Source: Actinomycetales bacterium
Lineage (GTDB): Bacteria > Actinomycetota > Actinomycetes > Actinomycetales > Dermatophilaceae
DNA length: 64,000 nt
Assembly (NCBI GenBank): GCA_016710385.1
Contig: JADJVX010000011.1
Location: 136,054-200,053 of the forward strand
Direction of reading: 5' to 3'
Shown one piece after another: positions 9,293 through 20,020 of the stretch; position 1 is the stretch's first letter; every line of letters begins with the position of its first letter. Under the pieces are notes generated by a model. The model was given only the letters and a program-made list of their open reading frames with translations. It made no database searches and was not told the DNA's origin. The translations under genes were made by a program, and so were the position numbers.

Positions 9293-10630
9293 ATGGCCGA
9301 CTACGACCAGCTTTGGCCGGAGCCGCTCCGGAGACAGCCTGACGGCACCGTCAAGCAGATCAACCCCTTCTCGGGGACCTCGGTCTGGACGGTGCCAGGG
9401 CGAGGAAACCGCCCGCTGCGCCCCGACGGGCCCCCACCCGCGCCCATCGACCACTCGCTGGCGGGACGGCATTGCGCCTTCTGTGAGGGGCGCTATCTCG
9501 ACACCCCGCCGGAGAAGGCTCGCCTGGTGCGCGACCCCGACGGTTGGCACCTGCTCAAGGGGCGCACCCTGGAGCGGCTGCACGAAACGGTGGCGGAGTT
9601 CCGGCGGATTCCGAATCTCTTCGAGATCGTCACCTACGACTACTGGCGACTCAACTACGGCTATGCGCCCGACCGGCATGCGTGGAAACGGCACGACCGC
9701 TACCTCGGCAGCGACGCGGGCCGCGACCACGTCGAGGCACTCGCGCGGATCCGGGCGCTCGCGTCGGGGATGAGCGACGGCGAGTGGTTCGGCATGTCGC
9801 CCGAACGCAAGGCCGAGGCCGTGATGGCCCTCTTCGCCGGCACCCACGACGTCATCGTCGCCCGTCGCCACTATGTCGACGGGGCCACCCAGACCGACCA
9901 TCTCGCCTCCTCCGGCACCCTCACCCCCGAGGAGCACGACCAGTACATCGGCTTCACCGTCGACGCGCTCAGCTCGCTCTACAGCAGCAATCGCTACGCG
10001 CGGTTCGTCGCCGTCTTCCAGAACTGGCTGCGGCCGGCCGGTGCGTCGTTCGACCATTTGCACAAGCAATTGGTGGCCGTCGACGAGCGCAGTGTGCACA
10101 CCGAACAGGAGTTACGCCGGCTGCGCGCCAACCTCAATCTCTACAACGAGTATGCCGTCGATTACGCCGCGCGGCAGAACCTCGTCTTCGCCGAAAATGA
10201 GTATGCCGTCGCATTCGCGGGATTCGGCCACCGTTATCCGTCCCTGGAGATCTACAGCAAGAGTCAGCGCTGCCGGCCCTGGGAGCACAGTCGGGATGAG
10301 CTGCGCGGGATGTCCGACCTGCTGCACGCCTGCCACGCTGCCACCGGTGCGGAGGTGGCCACCAACGAGGAGTGGCACTACCAGCCGCCGGACGTCGACC
10401 TCCCGATGCCGTGGCGGATCGTGCTCAAATGGCGGGTCTCCACCCTCGCGGGCTTTGAGGGCGGCACCAAGATCTACCTCAACACCATCGATCCCTGGTC
10501 CCTGCGTGACCGCGTGGTCCGCGCGCTCTACCCACTGCGGGAGCAGGGCCGGATCGCTGGTTCGATCCGGTTGGCCACCGAGTGCCAGTGCCGACCCAAC
10601 TCGTTGCGATACAACCCGATGGTGCGCTGA
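9293..10630 (+). CDS. DUF4921 / galactose-1-phosphate uridylyltransferase-like HIT-superfamily protein
   Basis: ATG 9293 follows GAGGA. Contains a CxxC (HCAFCEG) and a histidine-triad-like FDHLHKQL. 445 aa. Confidence 0.75.
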   Translation: MADYDQLWPEPLRRQPDGTVKQINPFSGTSVWTVPGRGNRPLRPDGPPPAPIDHSLAGRHCAFCEGRYLDTPPEKARLVRDPDGWHLLKGRTLERLHETVAEFRRIPNLFEIVTYDYWRLNYGYAPDRHAWKRHDRYLGSDAGRDHVEALARIRALASGMSDGEWFGMSPERKAEAVMALFAGTHDVIVARRHYVDGATQTDHLASSGTLTPEEHDQYIGFTVDALSSLYSSNRYARFVAVFQNWLRPAGASFDHLHKQLVAVDERSVHTEQELRRLRANLNLYNEYAVDYAARQNLVFAENEYAVAFAGFGHRYPSLEIYSKSQRCRPWEHSRDELRGMSDLLHACHAATGAEVATNEEWHYQPPDVDLPMPWRIVLKWRVSTLAGFEGGTKIYLNTIDPWSLRDRVVRALYPLREQGRIAGSIRLATECQCRPNSLRYNPMVR

Positions 10631-10888
10631 ACGGCGCCGGAGAGGTCGTTCGTTACCAAATTGTGACCTTGCCCGAACGAGTGATCGAGAGCCTGGCAGC
10701 GACCTGCTGAAAAACATCGGTGTCATTCTTCAAACAACAACGGTGTAATTAACGCTCATCTCGTCACGCAAGTGACCGCTGTTTCCAATGTGACGAAACA
10801 GTTCTAATGTCGTGCCGGACCCTGCGGGACGGGTCTGCCGGACGGCATCGTCGTTGCCGGCTGGGAGCTGGCGACGAAAGGGCATCGC

Positions 10889-12340
10889 GTGCGCACCGTG
10901 AGGACTCCGGGGTTCCGGGCTGCACGGCATACGCTGCCTCATCCCGCGCGGCGGGTGCTCGGAGCCGCCCTGGCTCTGGCCCTCCTGGGCACCGGGATTC
11001 CCGCGGCGATCGCCGAGCCGGACCCCACGACGATCCCCAGCGCGGAGCGGGTGGCGGGCGCCAAGGCTGCCGCCGGTGACGCGGCCGCAGCAGTCGCCGC
11101 GCTCGACGCTCAGCTGGCTGCCGCCCGCGCCTCGCTCGAAGATGCCCAGGACCGGGTCGGTGTGGCCGCCGAGGCCTACAGCGCCGCCCAGGATGCCGCC
11201 GATCTCACCGCCGCCGACAGCGCCGAGGCAGCCGCCAAGGCCAGCCGTGCGCAGCAGGAGTCCGAGGCCGCTGATCTTGCCCTGTCTCGGTATGCCGCCG
11301 AGGTCTTCCAGGGCGGGTCCGGGCTGGGGCAGCTCGATCTCTACTTCGGCGGTGGGCCGGGAGAGGCGCTTGATCGCGCCGCCGGCCTCCAGGTCGTCGG
11401 TGAGGAGCGGGCCCGGGTGCTGGCCGAGGCCAAGCGCGCCCGAGCCACCTTCGCCGTGCTGCAGGGAGAGGCTGAGGCGGCCGCAACGCTCGCGGCGGCG
11501 GCAGCCCAGCGGGCCCAGACGACGATGGCCGAGGCGCAACAAGCCGCATCCGACGCGGACTCTGCTGCGCGCGCGGTCGCGGCCCAGCAGGCGGCGGGTT
11601 TGGCCCAGCTCGCGGCCCTGCGCAACACCTCCATCGACCTGGAACGTCAGCGTCAGGAGGGCTTGGCCGCCATCGAGCGAGCCCGGATCGAGGCGGAGAA
11701 CCGTCGGAAAGCGCAGGAGCGGGCTCGGGCGGAGGCGGCCCGGCAAGCCGAGCTCGTCCGGCAGGAGGCCGCGCGGGTCGAGGCTGCGCGCCGGGAGGCC
11801 GCGCGCCTGGAGTTGGCGCGCCAGGAGGCCGCCAGGAAGGCGGCCCAGAACTCGGGCGCCACGTCGGGAACGACGTCTGGAACGTCCGGATCGACGAAGA
11901 CCGGCTCGACGGGCACGGGCAGCTCTAGCAGCGCGGGCAGCTCTAGCAGCACCGGCACTTCCGGTGCGACTGCGGGAACCTCCGCAGCGGCGGCGGCCGT
12001 CGCCTTCGCCAAGGACCAACTCGGCGAGCCCTACGTCTGGGCGGCCACCGGGCCCGGCTCATGGGACTGCTCGGGGCTGACGATGAAGTCGTGGCTCTCG
12101 GCAGGGGAACGTTTGCCCCGCACCGCGCAGTCGCAGTACGACGCGACGACCCACATTGCGATCGCCGACCTCCGGCCGGGTGACCTGGTCTTCTACGGCA
12201 CGACGAGCTCGAGCATTTACCACGTGGGCATGTATGTGGGGAACGGGACGATGATCCACGCCCCCCGCACCGGCGACGTCGTGAAATATTCCTCGATCTA
12301 CTACATGCGAGACTTGTTGCCCTACGGCGGCCGCGTCTAA
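10889..12340 (+). CDS. NlpC/P60 (C40) peptidoglycan endopeptidase with long coiled-coil region (RipA-like)
   Basis: GTG 10889. Signal peptide, then Ala/Glu/Arg-rich coiled-coil, then a Ser/Gly/Thr linker. The C-terminal catalytic domain reads GEPYVWAATGPGSWDCSGLT..IYHVGMYVGNGTMIHAP. Confidence 0.85.
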   Translation: MRTVRTPGFRAARHTLPHPARRVLGAALALALLGTGIPAAIAEPDPTTIPSAERVAGAKAAAGDAAAAVAALDAQLAAARASLEDAQDRVGVAAEAYSAAQDAADLTAADSAEAAAKASRAQQESEAADLALSRYAAEVFQGGSGLGQLDLYFGGGPGEALDRAAGLQVVGEERARVLAEAKRARATFAVLQGEAEAAATLAAAAAQRAQTTMAEAQQAASDADSAARAVAAQQAAGLAQLAALRNTSIDLERQRQEGLAAIERARIEAENRRKAQERARAEAARQAELVRQEAARVEAARREAARLELARQEAARKAAQNSGATSGTTSGTSGSTKTGSTGTGSSSSAGSSSSTGTSGATAGTSAAAAAVAFAKDQLGEPYVWAATGPGSWDCSGLTMKSWLSAGERLPRTAQSQYDATTHIAIADLRPGDLVFYGTTSSSIYHVGMYVGNGTMIHAPRTGDVVKYSSIYYMRDLLPYGGRV

Positions 12341-12395
12341 GCCGCACGACTCACGCCGCACGACTCACCGCGAGCAAGCCGTGCGGCCGGTGACC

Positions 12396-12914
12396 TCAGT
12401 GCTGGCCGGAGCTCCACCGCGCGGTGGTGTGGCCCTCGCGCTTGGCCCGCTCGATCGCCTCGATGATGACTCGCTCGGCGACGGCTCGGCCGAACCATCG
12501 CGAGCTGTCGACGCTCTTCTCGGGCTCGAGGTCCTTGTAGGTGTTGAAGAAGTGCCCGATCTCCGCGGTCTTGAACTTGTCGATCTGGTCGAACTCGGTG
12601 ATGTGCGCCTGGCGCGGGTCACCGGCAGGGATGCAGAGGATCTTGTCGTCGCCGCCGGCCTCGTCGGTCATCTGGAAGACACCGACCGGGCGGCAGCGCA
12701 CGACGCAGCCGGGGAAAGTGGGCTCGTCGAGGATGACGATGGCATCCAGCGGATCGCCGTCCTCACCCAGGGTGTCCTCGACATAGCCGTAGTCGCCGGG
12801 GTAGCTCATCGACGTGAAGAGCAAGCGGTCCAGCCGGATGCGTCCGGTGACGTGATCCACCTCGTACTTGTTGCGGTGTCCCTTGGGGATCTCGATGGTG
12901 ACGTCGAACTCCAC
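12396..12914 (-). CDS. ppa: Inorganic pyrophosphatase
   Basis: Full-length family I PPase: IEIPKGHRNKYEVD, YPGDYGYVEDTLGEDGDPLDA, GDDKIL. Confidence 0.95.
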   Translation of the reverse strand: MEFDVTIEIPKGHRNKYEVDHVTGRIRLDRLLFTSMSYPGDYGYVEDTLGEDGDPLDAIVILDEPTFPGCVVRCRPVGVFQMTDEAGGDDKILCIPAGDPRQAHITEFDQIDKFKTAEIGHFFNTYKDLEPEKSVDSSRWFGRAVAERVIIEAIERAKREGHTTARWSSGQH

Positions 12915-13009
12915 GTCTACCCCTCCGTCTGATCGGTCGAACCTGGCCGGACGAGCCGGTGACCTACGCTCTGTGACGAAGGTCCAGGTCCAACTTTAGG
13001 GGGTCGAGA

Positions 13010-14512
13010 GTGCGCCGTTCGGTCCGTGCCGCGCTCGGCGTGACCCTCATCGCATCGTCGCTGGTGGGCTATCTCGCGCTCGACGTCTTCGACCAGGTGC
13101 CCGGGGTGCTCACCTGGGTGCCCGAGCCCACCGCGCCGGTCGCGAAGCCATCCGCCACCCCCCACGTCTCGGTGCCGATCCCTACCCCCACGACCGGTAT
13201 GCCGTTGCGCCCGGCAGGTGCCGACGCCCCGGCCCCGACGGCCGCGGGGTTGAGCGCCGCCCTCAACCCGGTGCTGTCTGCCGGTGCTCTCGGCCCCGAC
13301 CCGGCCGTGATCGTCCGGGACGCGGTGAACGGCGCGCACCTCGTCGACCTCCGGGCCGACAGCCCGCGTGCCCCCGCGTCGACCCTCAAACTGCTCGCGG
13401 CGGTCGGTGTGCTGCGGGGGCTCGGCCCGGCAACGACGCTGCAGACCCGGGTGATCGCCGGAGTCACCCGCGACCGGATCCTCCTCGTGCCTGGCGGCGA
13501 CTCCCTGTTGGAACCCGGTGTGGGGCGGCCCGACGAGGTCGCCGGGCATGCCGGCCTGACCGATCTGGCCAGTCGCACCGCCACCGCGCTCAAGGCTGCG
13601 GGAGTCCCGGCCGTAACGCTGGCGGTGGACCGTTCGTATGCCGAGGGGCCCAGCAGCGCGCCGACCTGGCCCGCGAGCTTCCTGGCCACCGGGATCACCG
13701 GACCGGTCGCGATGGCGGGCCTGTCCACACAGCGGGCCATCCCCGGTCGCCCAGGCCCCGCCGATCCGGTCGGTGAGGTGCTGTCGGCCTTCGCCGCCAG
13801 GCTCCGTGAGCAGGGAGTGGCCGTCACCCTGGCGCCGCAGCCGCTGCCCGCCGAGACCGGGCTCGCCCCTCGACGACACCCGCGCGCCATCGCCGTCGAC
13901 CACGACCGGCGGACCGGCCGCGGGGACCACTCTGGCCTCGGTGAGCTCGGCGCCAGTTCTCGACCAGCTCGTCCTCGCGCTGCAAGAGAGCGACAACGGT
14001 CTCACCGAAACCCTGGCCCGCGTGGCGGCCTTCCGGGCCACGGGCGCGCGGGATTTCGCTGGCGTCGCGGCATACCTCATCTCGCAAGCCCAAGCGCTGG
14101 GACTGGACGTCACCGGCACGACCCTCTTCGACGCATCGGGACTGACCCGCGACAATCGGTTGCCGGCCCGACTGCTCGGTGACGTGCTCATGCTCGCCGG
14201 GTCGGGCTCCGTGCCGGGTCTGGCCGACGCGATCCGGCAACTGCCGGTGGCCGCGCTATCGGGCACCCTCGCCGATCGCTTCGGTGACCCGCGCACGCAG
14301 GCCGGCGTCGGGGTTGTCCGAGCCAAGACCGGCACCCTCACCGGAGTCGGAACACTGGCCGGCACGGTCGTGACCGCCGAGGGCCGTCCGTTGGTGTTCG
14401 TCGTGCTCGCGGGGCCCCGCAAGGAACGCCAGAGTCCCGGCTGGCGTTGGACCAACTCGCAGCAGTGCTCGCAACGTGCGGGTGCCGCCCAGCCGCAGGA
14501 GGCACCCCGTGA
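13010..14512 (+). pseudogene. dacB: D-alanyl-D-alanine carboxypeptidase/endopeptidase (PBP4, S13 family), two frameshifts
   Basis: The N-terminus, including the active-site block PASTLKLL, is in the frame of GTG 13010. The middle (TTLASVSSAPVLDQLVLALQESDNGLTETLAR..VRAKTGTLTGVGTLAGTVV..FVVLAG) is in the frame of track ORF 13638..15002. The C-terminus (APQGTPESRLALDQLAAVLATCGCRPAAGGTP*) returns to the first frame and stops at 14510-14512. The first shift lies around 13850-13925. The second is at G4C4 (14411-14418), and one extra G restores the frame. Confidence 0.75.
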
Positions 14513-15573
14513 CCGACCAGCCCTTCACCATCGATTGGGAGTTCGCGCAGGCGACCGCCGCGCGGCTGGCCGGTCCCGGTCCGAAGGTCACCGGCACCCA
14601 GGCCATGGACGCAGTGGCCGGACTGCGGGCCGCAGCCGCTGCCGCGCACGACCCGGTCGCCCAGACCTCCCGGCTGCACTCACCCCCGGGATCGGCCCCC
14701 GTCCTGGTCGTCGACCGGGCCGGTTGGAGCCAGGCCAACCTTGGCTCGATGCGCGCGCTGATGGACCCCGTCGTCGCCAAGATCCAGTCGAGCATCTCGG
14801 CCAAGATGACCACAGCGCCCTCACCCGGGGTCGCGGCCGTCGGCGGCAAGGTGGCGGGGGCCGAAGTCGGCGCATTGCTGGCCTTCCTGGCCGGCAAGGT
14901 GCTCGGGCAATACGACCTGGCTCCCGAGGGCACCCCGAGGCTTCTGCTCGTTGCCCCGAATATCGTTGCGGCAGAGCGGGAAATGGATGTCGACCCGCGT
15001 GACTTCCGGCTTTGGGTCGCCATGCACGAAGAGACCCACCGGGTGCAGTTCACCGCCGTGCCGTGGTTGCGCGACCACATGATCGAGACGACCCGCACGC
15101 TCGCCGTCGATCTCGCGCCGACCCCGCAAGAGCTCACCGAGCGGCTCACCCAACTGGCTACCAAGCTCCCGCAGGCCTTCCAGAGCGGCAGCAACGGCCT
15201 GGCCGAGATCTTCCTCACCGACGAGCAGCGCGCCCGGGTGGCCGAGATCACGGCGATCATGTCGCTGCTCGAGGGCCACGCCGACGTGGTCATGGACGAT
15301 GTCGGCCCCTCGATCATTCCGTCGGTCGCCCACATCCGCGCCAAGTTCACCGACCGGCGCGCGGGCTTGAGCCAGTTCGACCGATTGTTGCGGCGTCTGC
15401 TCGGCCTGGAGGCCAAGTTGCGGCAATACGCCGACGGGGCGGTCTTCGTGCGCGCCGTGACGGCCACGGTCGGCATCGATGGCTTCAACGCCGTGTGGAC
15501 CTCGCCCGAGACGCTGCCGACCGCTGCCGAGATGGCCGACCCCGCCGCGTGGGTCGCGCGCGTCCACGGCTGA
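14509..15573 (+). CDS. Zinc-dependent metalloprotease, DUF2342 family
   Basis: GTG 14509 overlaps the dacB stop (GTGA). HExxH motif in VAMHEETHRVQF. Its conserved position between dacB and tilS is recalled from mycobacterial synteny. Confidence 0.8.
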   Translation: MTDQPFTIDWEFAQATAARLAGPGPKVTGTQAMDAVAGLRAAAAAAHDPVAQTSRLHSPPGSAPVLVVDRAGWSQANLGSMRALMDPVVAKIQSSISAKMTTAPSPGVAAVGGKVAGAEVGALLAFLAGKVLGQYDLAPEGTPRLLLVAPNIVAAEREMDVDPRDFRLWVAMHEETHRVQFTAVPWLRDHMIETTRTLAVDLAPTPQELTERLTQLATKLPQAFQSGSNGLAEIFLTDEQRARVAEITAIMSLLEGHADVVMDDVGPSIIPSVAHIRAKFTDRRAGLSQFDRLLRRLLGLEAKLRQYADGAVFVRAVTATVGIDGFNAVWTSPETLPTAAEMADPAAWVARVHG

Positions 15574-15582
15574 GTCGCGCCT

Positions 15583-16581
15583 GTGGCCGGTCCGGACCCT
15601 GCCGTCGCAGCGGTCCGGTATGCCGTGCGCCAGGCCCTCCGGTCCCTGTCGGACTCGAGCCTGGGCTCTGGCCGGACGCCACTCGTGCTCGTCGCGTGCT
15701 CGGGGGGCGCCGACTCGCTGGCGCTCGCGGCCGGGCTCGCCTTCGAAGCCCCGCGCGCTGGGCTCCAGGCGGGTGCGGTGGTGGTCGACCACGGCCTGCA
15801 GCCCGGGTCGTCAGCGGTCGCCCACCAGGCGGCCGAGCAATGCCGTGGCCTCGGGCTCGATCCCGTGATTGTCGAGCGGGTGACGGTCAGCACCGACGGC
15901 GAGGGTCCCGAAGCCGCCGCCCGCAGGTCCCGGTTTGCCGCTCTCGACGCCGTGGCCGAGCGCCTCGGGGCAACGGCCGTGCTGCTGGCCCACACCCGCG
16001 ACGACCAGGCCGAGCAGGTGCTGCTGGGCTTGGCCCGCGGCTCCGGCGCCCGATCCCTGGCCGGTATGCCGTCCGCGCGCGGCCGATACCTGCGCCCGCT
16101 GATCGGGGTGAGGCGCGCCGAGACCGAGGCGACGTGCACGGCATACGGGCTGGCGCCCTGGCGCGATCCGCACAACGACGATCGCCGCTTCTCCCGGGTG
16201 CGCGCCCGGGCTGCCCTGCGCGAGCTTGAGGCCGATCTCGGGCCTGGGCTTCCCGCCGCGCTCGCGCGCTCCGCCGAGTTGCTACGCGAGGACGCCGACC
16301 TGCTGGATTCACTTGCTGGACAGGCTTATTCGATGCTCGACCCAACGGCCGCCGATGTGCGCCAGCTCGCCGAGCTGCCCCCTGCGCTGCGGCGCCGGGT
16401 GTGGCTGCGCTTGGCTGCCGCTGCGGGATGCGGTGCGCTGACCAAGGCGCACGTCGAAGCCCTCGATGCACTGGTCATGGGTTGGCGTGGTCAAGGGCCG
16501 GTCGATCTGCCGGGCGGAGTCGCTGCGCGCCGCGACGCCGGACGCATCCTCTGGGAGGCCCCGCGCACGCCGCACCGGTAG
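15583..16581 (+). CDS. tilS: tRNA(Ile)-lysidine synthetase
   Basis: PP-loop VACSGGADSLALA, HTRDDQAEQVLL and RPLIGVRR blocks. Confidence 0.9.
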   Translation: MAGPDPAVAAVRYAVRQALRSLSDSSLGSGRTPLVLVACSGGADSLALAAGLAFEAPRAGLQAGAVVVDHGLQPGSSAVAHQAAEQCRGLGLDPVIVERVTVSTDGEGPEAAARRSRFAALDAVAERLGATAVLLAHTRDDQAEQVLLGLARGSGARSLAGMPSARGRYLRPLIGVRRAETEATCTAYGLAPWRDPHNDDRRFSRVRARAALRELEADLGPGLPAALARSAELLREDADLLDSLAGQAYSMLDPTAADVRQLAELPPALRRRVWLRLAAAAGCGALTKAHVEALDALVMGWRGQGPVDLPGGVAARRDAGRILWEAPRTPHR

Positions 16582-16623
16582 GGTCGGGGTGGGCGCAGAG
16601 TCGGGGTCGGTCGAGGAAGGCAC

Positions 16624-17178
16624 GTGGTGGACGCAGCACATATGGAGGGCTCTCTCGAACGAGTCCTGTTGTCCGAAGAGCAGATTCACGCTCGGCTGGC
16701 CGAGATGGCGGCTCAGATCGCGCAGGACTACGCGGGCAAGGACCTCTTGCTCGTCGGGGTCCTCAAGGGCGCGGTGCTGGTCATGGCCGACCTCATGCGC
16801 GCGATGCCCTACTCCGTGCGGATGGACTGGATGGCGGTGTCGTCCTACGGGTCGGGCACCAAGTCCTCGGGTGTGGTGCGGATCATCAAGGACCTCGACA
16901 CCGACATCACCGACAAGCACGTGCTCGTCGTCGAAGACATCATCGACTCCGGGCTCACCCTGTCGTGGATCCGGGCCAACCTCAGCTCGCGCAAGCCGGC
17001 CTCGGTCGAGATCTGCGCGCTGCTGCGCAAGCCAGAGGTGGCCAAGGTGGCCATCGACGTGAAGTACATCGGCTTCGACATCCCCAACGAGTTCGTCGTG
17101 GGATACGGCCTGGACTATGCGGAGGACTACCGCAACCTGCGCTGCATCGGCACCTTGGCGCCGGCTGTTTACAGCTGA
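16624..17178 (+). CDS. hpt: Hypoxanthine phosphoribosyltransferase
   Basis: GTG 16624 follows GAGGAAGG (alternative ATG at 16642). PRPP-binding loop VLVVEDIIDSGLTL and the C-terminal VVGYGLDYAEDYRNL. Confidence 0.93.
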   Translation: MVDAAHMEGSLERVLLSEEQIHARLAEMAAQIAQDYAGKDLLLVGVLKGAVLVMADLMRAMPYSVRMDWMAVSSYGSGTKSSGVVRIIKDLDTDITDKHVLVVEDIIDSGLTLSWIRANLSSRKPASVEICALLRKPEVAKVAIDVKYIGFDIPNEFVVGYGLDYAEDYRNLRCIGTLAPAVYS

Positions 17179-17336
17179 CCTCGGCCCGACCTCGCCCGGA
17201 CCCTGACCCGGTGCCGTCCGCGGCGGAACACGCACGCGAGGCGGGGCGTTGACCTGCGAGAATCACCGGACCTAGCACGGCATACCCGTGCCTCGGACGA
17301 CCGACCAGGAGGCTGGGGCGCTCGCCCCGCACACGC

Positions 17337-19442
17337 ATGAAGACCAAGCGCACCATTCGACCTCAGCTGGCCTGGCTCCTGATCATCGTGCTCGGGCTGT
17401 TCGGGCTCACCTTCTTCCTGTCCGACACCAGCGGGATGCAGCGGATCGACACCTCCGCGAGCATCAAGCTCATCCAGGAAGACAAGGTCGACACCGCGAA
17501 GTTGCTCAACAACGAGCGGCTCGAGCTGGTCCTCAAGGACGGCGTGACCTATTCCGACGGCAGCCGGGTCAAGGACGCCACCAAGGTCTACTCCTACTAC
17601 GTCGACGCCCGTGGCCCGCAGCTGGTCGCCGCGCTGAACGAGCACCCGCCGGCCAAGGGCTTCACCGACCAGATCGACACTCAGAACTGGTTCACCTCGA
17701 TGCTCGGCCTGGTGCTGCCGATGCTGCTCGTGCTCGGCCTCTTCTGGTTCCTCATGGGTCAGATGCAGGGCGGCGGCAACCGGGTCATGCAGTTCGGCAA
17801 GTCCCGCGCCAAGCTCGCGACCAAGGACATGCCCAAGGTGACCTTCGCCGACGTGGCGGGTGCCGACGAGGCCGTCGAGGAGCTCCACGAGATCAAGGAG
17901 TTCCTCCAGGACCCGGCGCGATTCCTCGCGGTGGGGGCCAAGATCCCCAAGGGCGTGCTGCTCTACGGCCAGCCCGGCACGGGCAAGACGCTGCTGGCCC
18001 GGGCGGTCGCCGGCGAGGCGGGTGTGCCGTTCTACTCGATCTCCGGCTCGGACTTCGTCGAGATGTTCGTCGGTGTCGGTGCCTCTCGCGTGCGTGACCT
18101 CTTCGAGCAGGCCAAGGCCAACGCCCCGGCCATCGTCTTCGTCGACGAGATCGACGCCGTCGGCCGTCACCGCGGCGCGGGGCTTGGCGGAGGTCACGAC
18201 GAACGTGAGCAGACCCTCAACCAGCTCCTGGTCGAGATGGACGGATTCGACGTCAAGACCAACGTCATCCTCATCGCCGCGACCAACCGGCCCGACATCC
18301 TCGACCCGGCGCTGCTGCGTCCCGGTCGGTTCGACCGGCAGATCGCCGTCGAGGCCCCCGACATGATCGGCCGCCACCGCATCCTGCAGGTCCACTCGCA
18401 GGGCAAGCCGATGGGCCCCGATGTCGACCTGCTCGCCGTCGCCCGTCGCACGCCCGGTTTCACCGGTGCCGACCTGGCCAACGTCCTCAACGAGGCCGCC
18501 CTGCTCACCGCGCGCACCGGCAAGCAGCTCATCGACAATGCCGCCCTCGACGAGGCGATCGACCGCGTGGTCGCCGGCCCGCAGAAGCGCACCCGGATCA
18601 TGTCGGCCAAGGAACGCAAGATCACGGCATACCACGAGGGCGGGCATGCCATCGTCGCCGCGGCGATGAACCACACCGACCCCGTGACCAAGGTGACGAT
18701 CCTGCCGCGCGGGCGCGCGCTGGGCTACACGATGGTCATGCCCCAGGACGACAAGTACTCCACGACCCGCAACGAGATCCTCGACCAGTTGGCCTACGCG
18801 CTCGGCGGGCGGGTCGCCGAGGAGATGGTCTTCCACGACCCGACGACCGGTGCCGCCAACGACATCGAGAAGGCCACGGCGATGGCCCGCAAGATGGTCA
18901 TGGAATACGGCATGAGCGAGCGCGTCGGGGCGATCAAGCTCGGGCAGAGCCAGGGTGAGGTCTTCCTCGGCCGCGACTACGGCCACCAGCGCGACTACTC
19001 CGAGGACATCGCCGCGATCGTCGATGCAGAGATCCGCAAACTCATCGACGACGCCCATGACGAGGCCTGGCACGTCATCAACGACAACCGCGATCTGCTC
19101 GACCGGCTCGTCCTCGAGTTGCTCGAGAAGGAGACGCTCGGCACCAAGGAGCTCGCCGACCTCTTCGCCCCCATCGTCAAGCGGCCGCTGCGCCCGACCT
19201 GGCTGTCCAGCCAGACCCGCACGATCAGCGACCGACCGCCGGTGCTCACTCCCGCCGAGGCCGCCGCTGCCAACGGTCACGCGGGCGCGATGCCCCCGCC
19301 CGGCTCGGCAACCCAGATCCCCGCGGTGTCGGAGGCGGTCGACCAGGCAGCCGTCGCGGGCGCGTCGCCCTATGTCGACGATCCGGTCACCGAGATCGCC
19401 CAGGCGCCTCCCGGCCAGGGCGTCGACCCGCACGGCCACTGA
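17337..19442 (+). CDS. ftsH: ATP-dependent zinc metalloprotease FtsH
   Basis: Two N-terminal TM helices, Walker [12 protein letters not shown], Walker [32 protein letters not shown], and zinc site AYHEGGHA. Confidence 0.97.
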   Translation: MKTKRTIRPQLAWLLIIVLGLFGLTFFLSDTSGMQRIDTSASIKLIQEDKVDTAKLLNNERLELVLKDGVTYSDGSRVKDATKVYSYYVDARGPQLVAALNEHPPAKGFTDQIDTQNWFTSMLGLVLPMLLVLGLFWFLMGQMQGGGNRVMQFGKSRAKLATKDMPKVTFADVAGADEAVEELHEIKEFLQDPARFLAVGAKIPKGVLLYGQPGTGKTLLARAVAGEAGVPFYSISGSDFVEMFVGVGASRVRDLFEQAKANAPAIVFVDEIDAVGRHRGAGLGGGHDEREQTLNQLLVEMDGFDVKTNVILIAATNRPDILDPALLRPGRFDRQIAVEAPDMIGRHRILQVHSQGKPMGPDVDLLAVARRTPGFTGADLANVLNEAALLTARTGKQLIDNAALDEAIDRVVAGPQKRTRIMSAKERKITAYHEGGHAIVAAAMNHTDPVTKVTILPRGRALGYTMVMPQDDKYSTTRNEILDQLAYALGGRVAEEMVFHDPTTGAANDIEKATAMARKMVMEYGMSERVGAIKLGQSQGEVFLGRDYGHQRDYSEDIAAIVDAEIRKLIDDAHDEAWHVINDNRDLLDRLVLELLEKETLGTKELADLFAPIVKRPLRPTWLSSQTRTISDRPPVLTPAEAAAANGHAGAMPPPGSATQIPAVSEAVDQAAVAGASPYVDDPVTEIAQAPPGQGVDPHGH

Positions 19443-19447
19443 CGGGT

Positions 19448-20020
19448 ATGCCGGTCGATCACGCCCGCGCGGAGGCTGCGGTCCGCGAGTTGCTCATCGC
19501 CGTCGGCGAGGACCCGGATCGTGAGGGGTTGCGGGACACCCCCGCCCGGGTGGCGCGGGCCTATGCCGAGACCTTCGCCGGACTCGACCAGACCGCACGC
19601 GAGGTCCTGCGCACGACCTTCGACATCGACCACGACGAACTCATCCTCGTGCGCGACATCGAGGTCTACAGCACCTGCGAGCACCACCTCGTGCCATTTC
19701 ACGGGGTCGCCCACGTGGGCTATATCCCGGCCAAGGACGGCAAGGTCACCGGGTTGTCCAAGATCGCGCGGCTGGTCGATGTCTTCGCCCGCCGCCCGCA
19801 GGTGCAGGAACGGCTCACCACCCAGATCGCCGATGCCCTCGTCGAGCACCTCGGTGTGCAGGGCGTCATCGTCGTCGTCGAATGCGAGCACCTGTGCATG
19901 TCGATGCGCGGGGTGAAGAAGCCCGGTTCACGCACCATCACCTCGGCCGTGCGCGGACAGTTGCGCCACCCCGCCACCCGAGCCGAGGCGATGGCCTTGC
20001 TGCTCGGGGGTAAGCGGTGA
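19448..20020 (+). CDS. folE: GTP cyclohydrolase I
   Basis: [12 protein letters not shown] and [15 protein letters not shown] signature blocks. Confidence 0.95.
   Translation: MPVDHARAEAAVRELLIAVGEDPDREGLRDTPARVARAYAETFAGLDQTAREVLRTTFDIDHDELILVRDIEVYSTCEHHLVPFHGVAHVGYIPAKDGKVTGLSKIARLVDVFARRPQVQERLTTQIADALVEHLGVQGVIVVVECEHLCMSMRGVKKPGSRTITSAVRGQLRHPATRAEAMALLLGGKR

Noticed and set aside
10631-10888. A 258-bp lower-GC leader upstream of the NlpC/P60 hydrolase as a cyclic-di-AMP (ydaO-type) riboswitch
   Set aside because: This riboswitch class is known upstream of actinobacterial cell-wall hydrolases, and disA is in the window. By eye, however, I could not find the conserved core, only a vague resemblance in GAGCTGGCGACGAAAGGG. 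The decisive test is a covariance-model scan with Rfam RF00379, which I cannot run.
12341-12386. Direct 14-bp duplication GCCGCACGACTCAC x2, with a possible CCGCACG/CGTGCGG hairpin, between NlpC/P60 and ppa
   Set aside because: The stem is only 7 bp, the loop is 17 nt, and there is no T tract. It may contribute to termination between the convergent genes, but the support is too weak to annotate.
17169-19439. 756-aa minus-strand ORF antisense to ftsH. Similar cases are 14256..16175(-), 19720..21090(-), 48592..50085(-), 26279..27487(-), 28117..29523(-), 10730..12019(-) and 6536..7642(+).
   Set aside because: Each lies opposite a confidently identified conserved gene and translates to Arg/Gly/Pro/Asp-rich sequence with no recognisable domain. 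These are typical high-GC antisense open frames.
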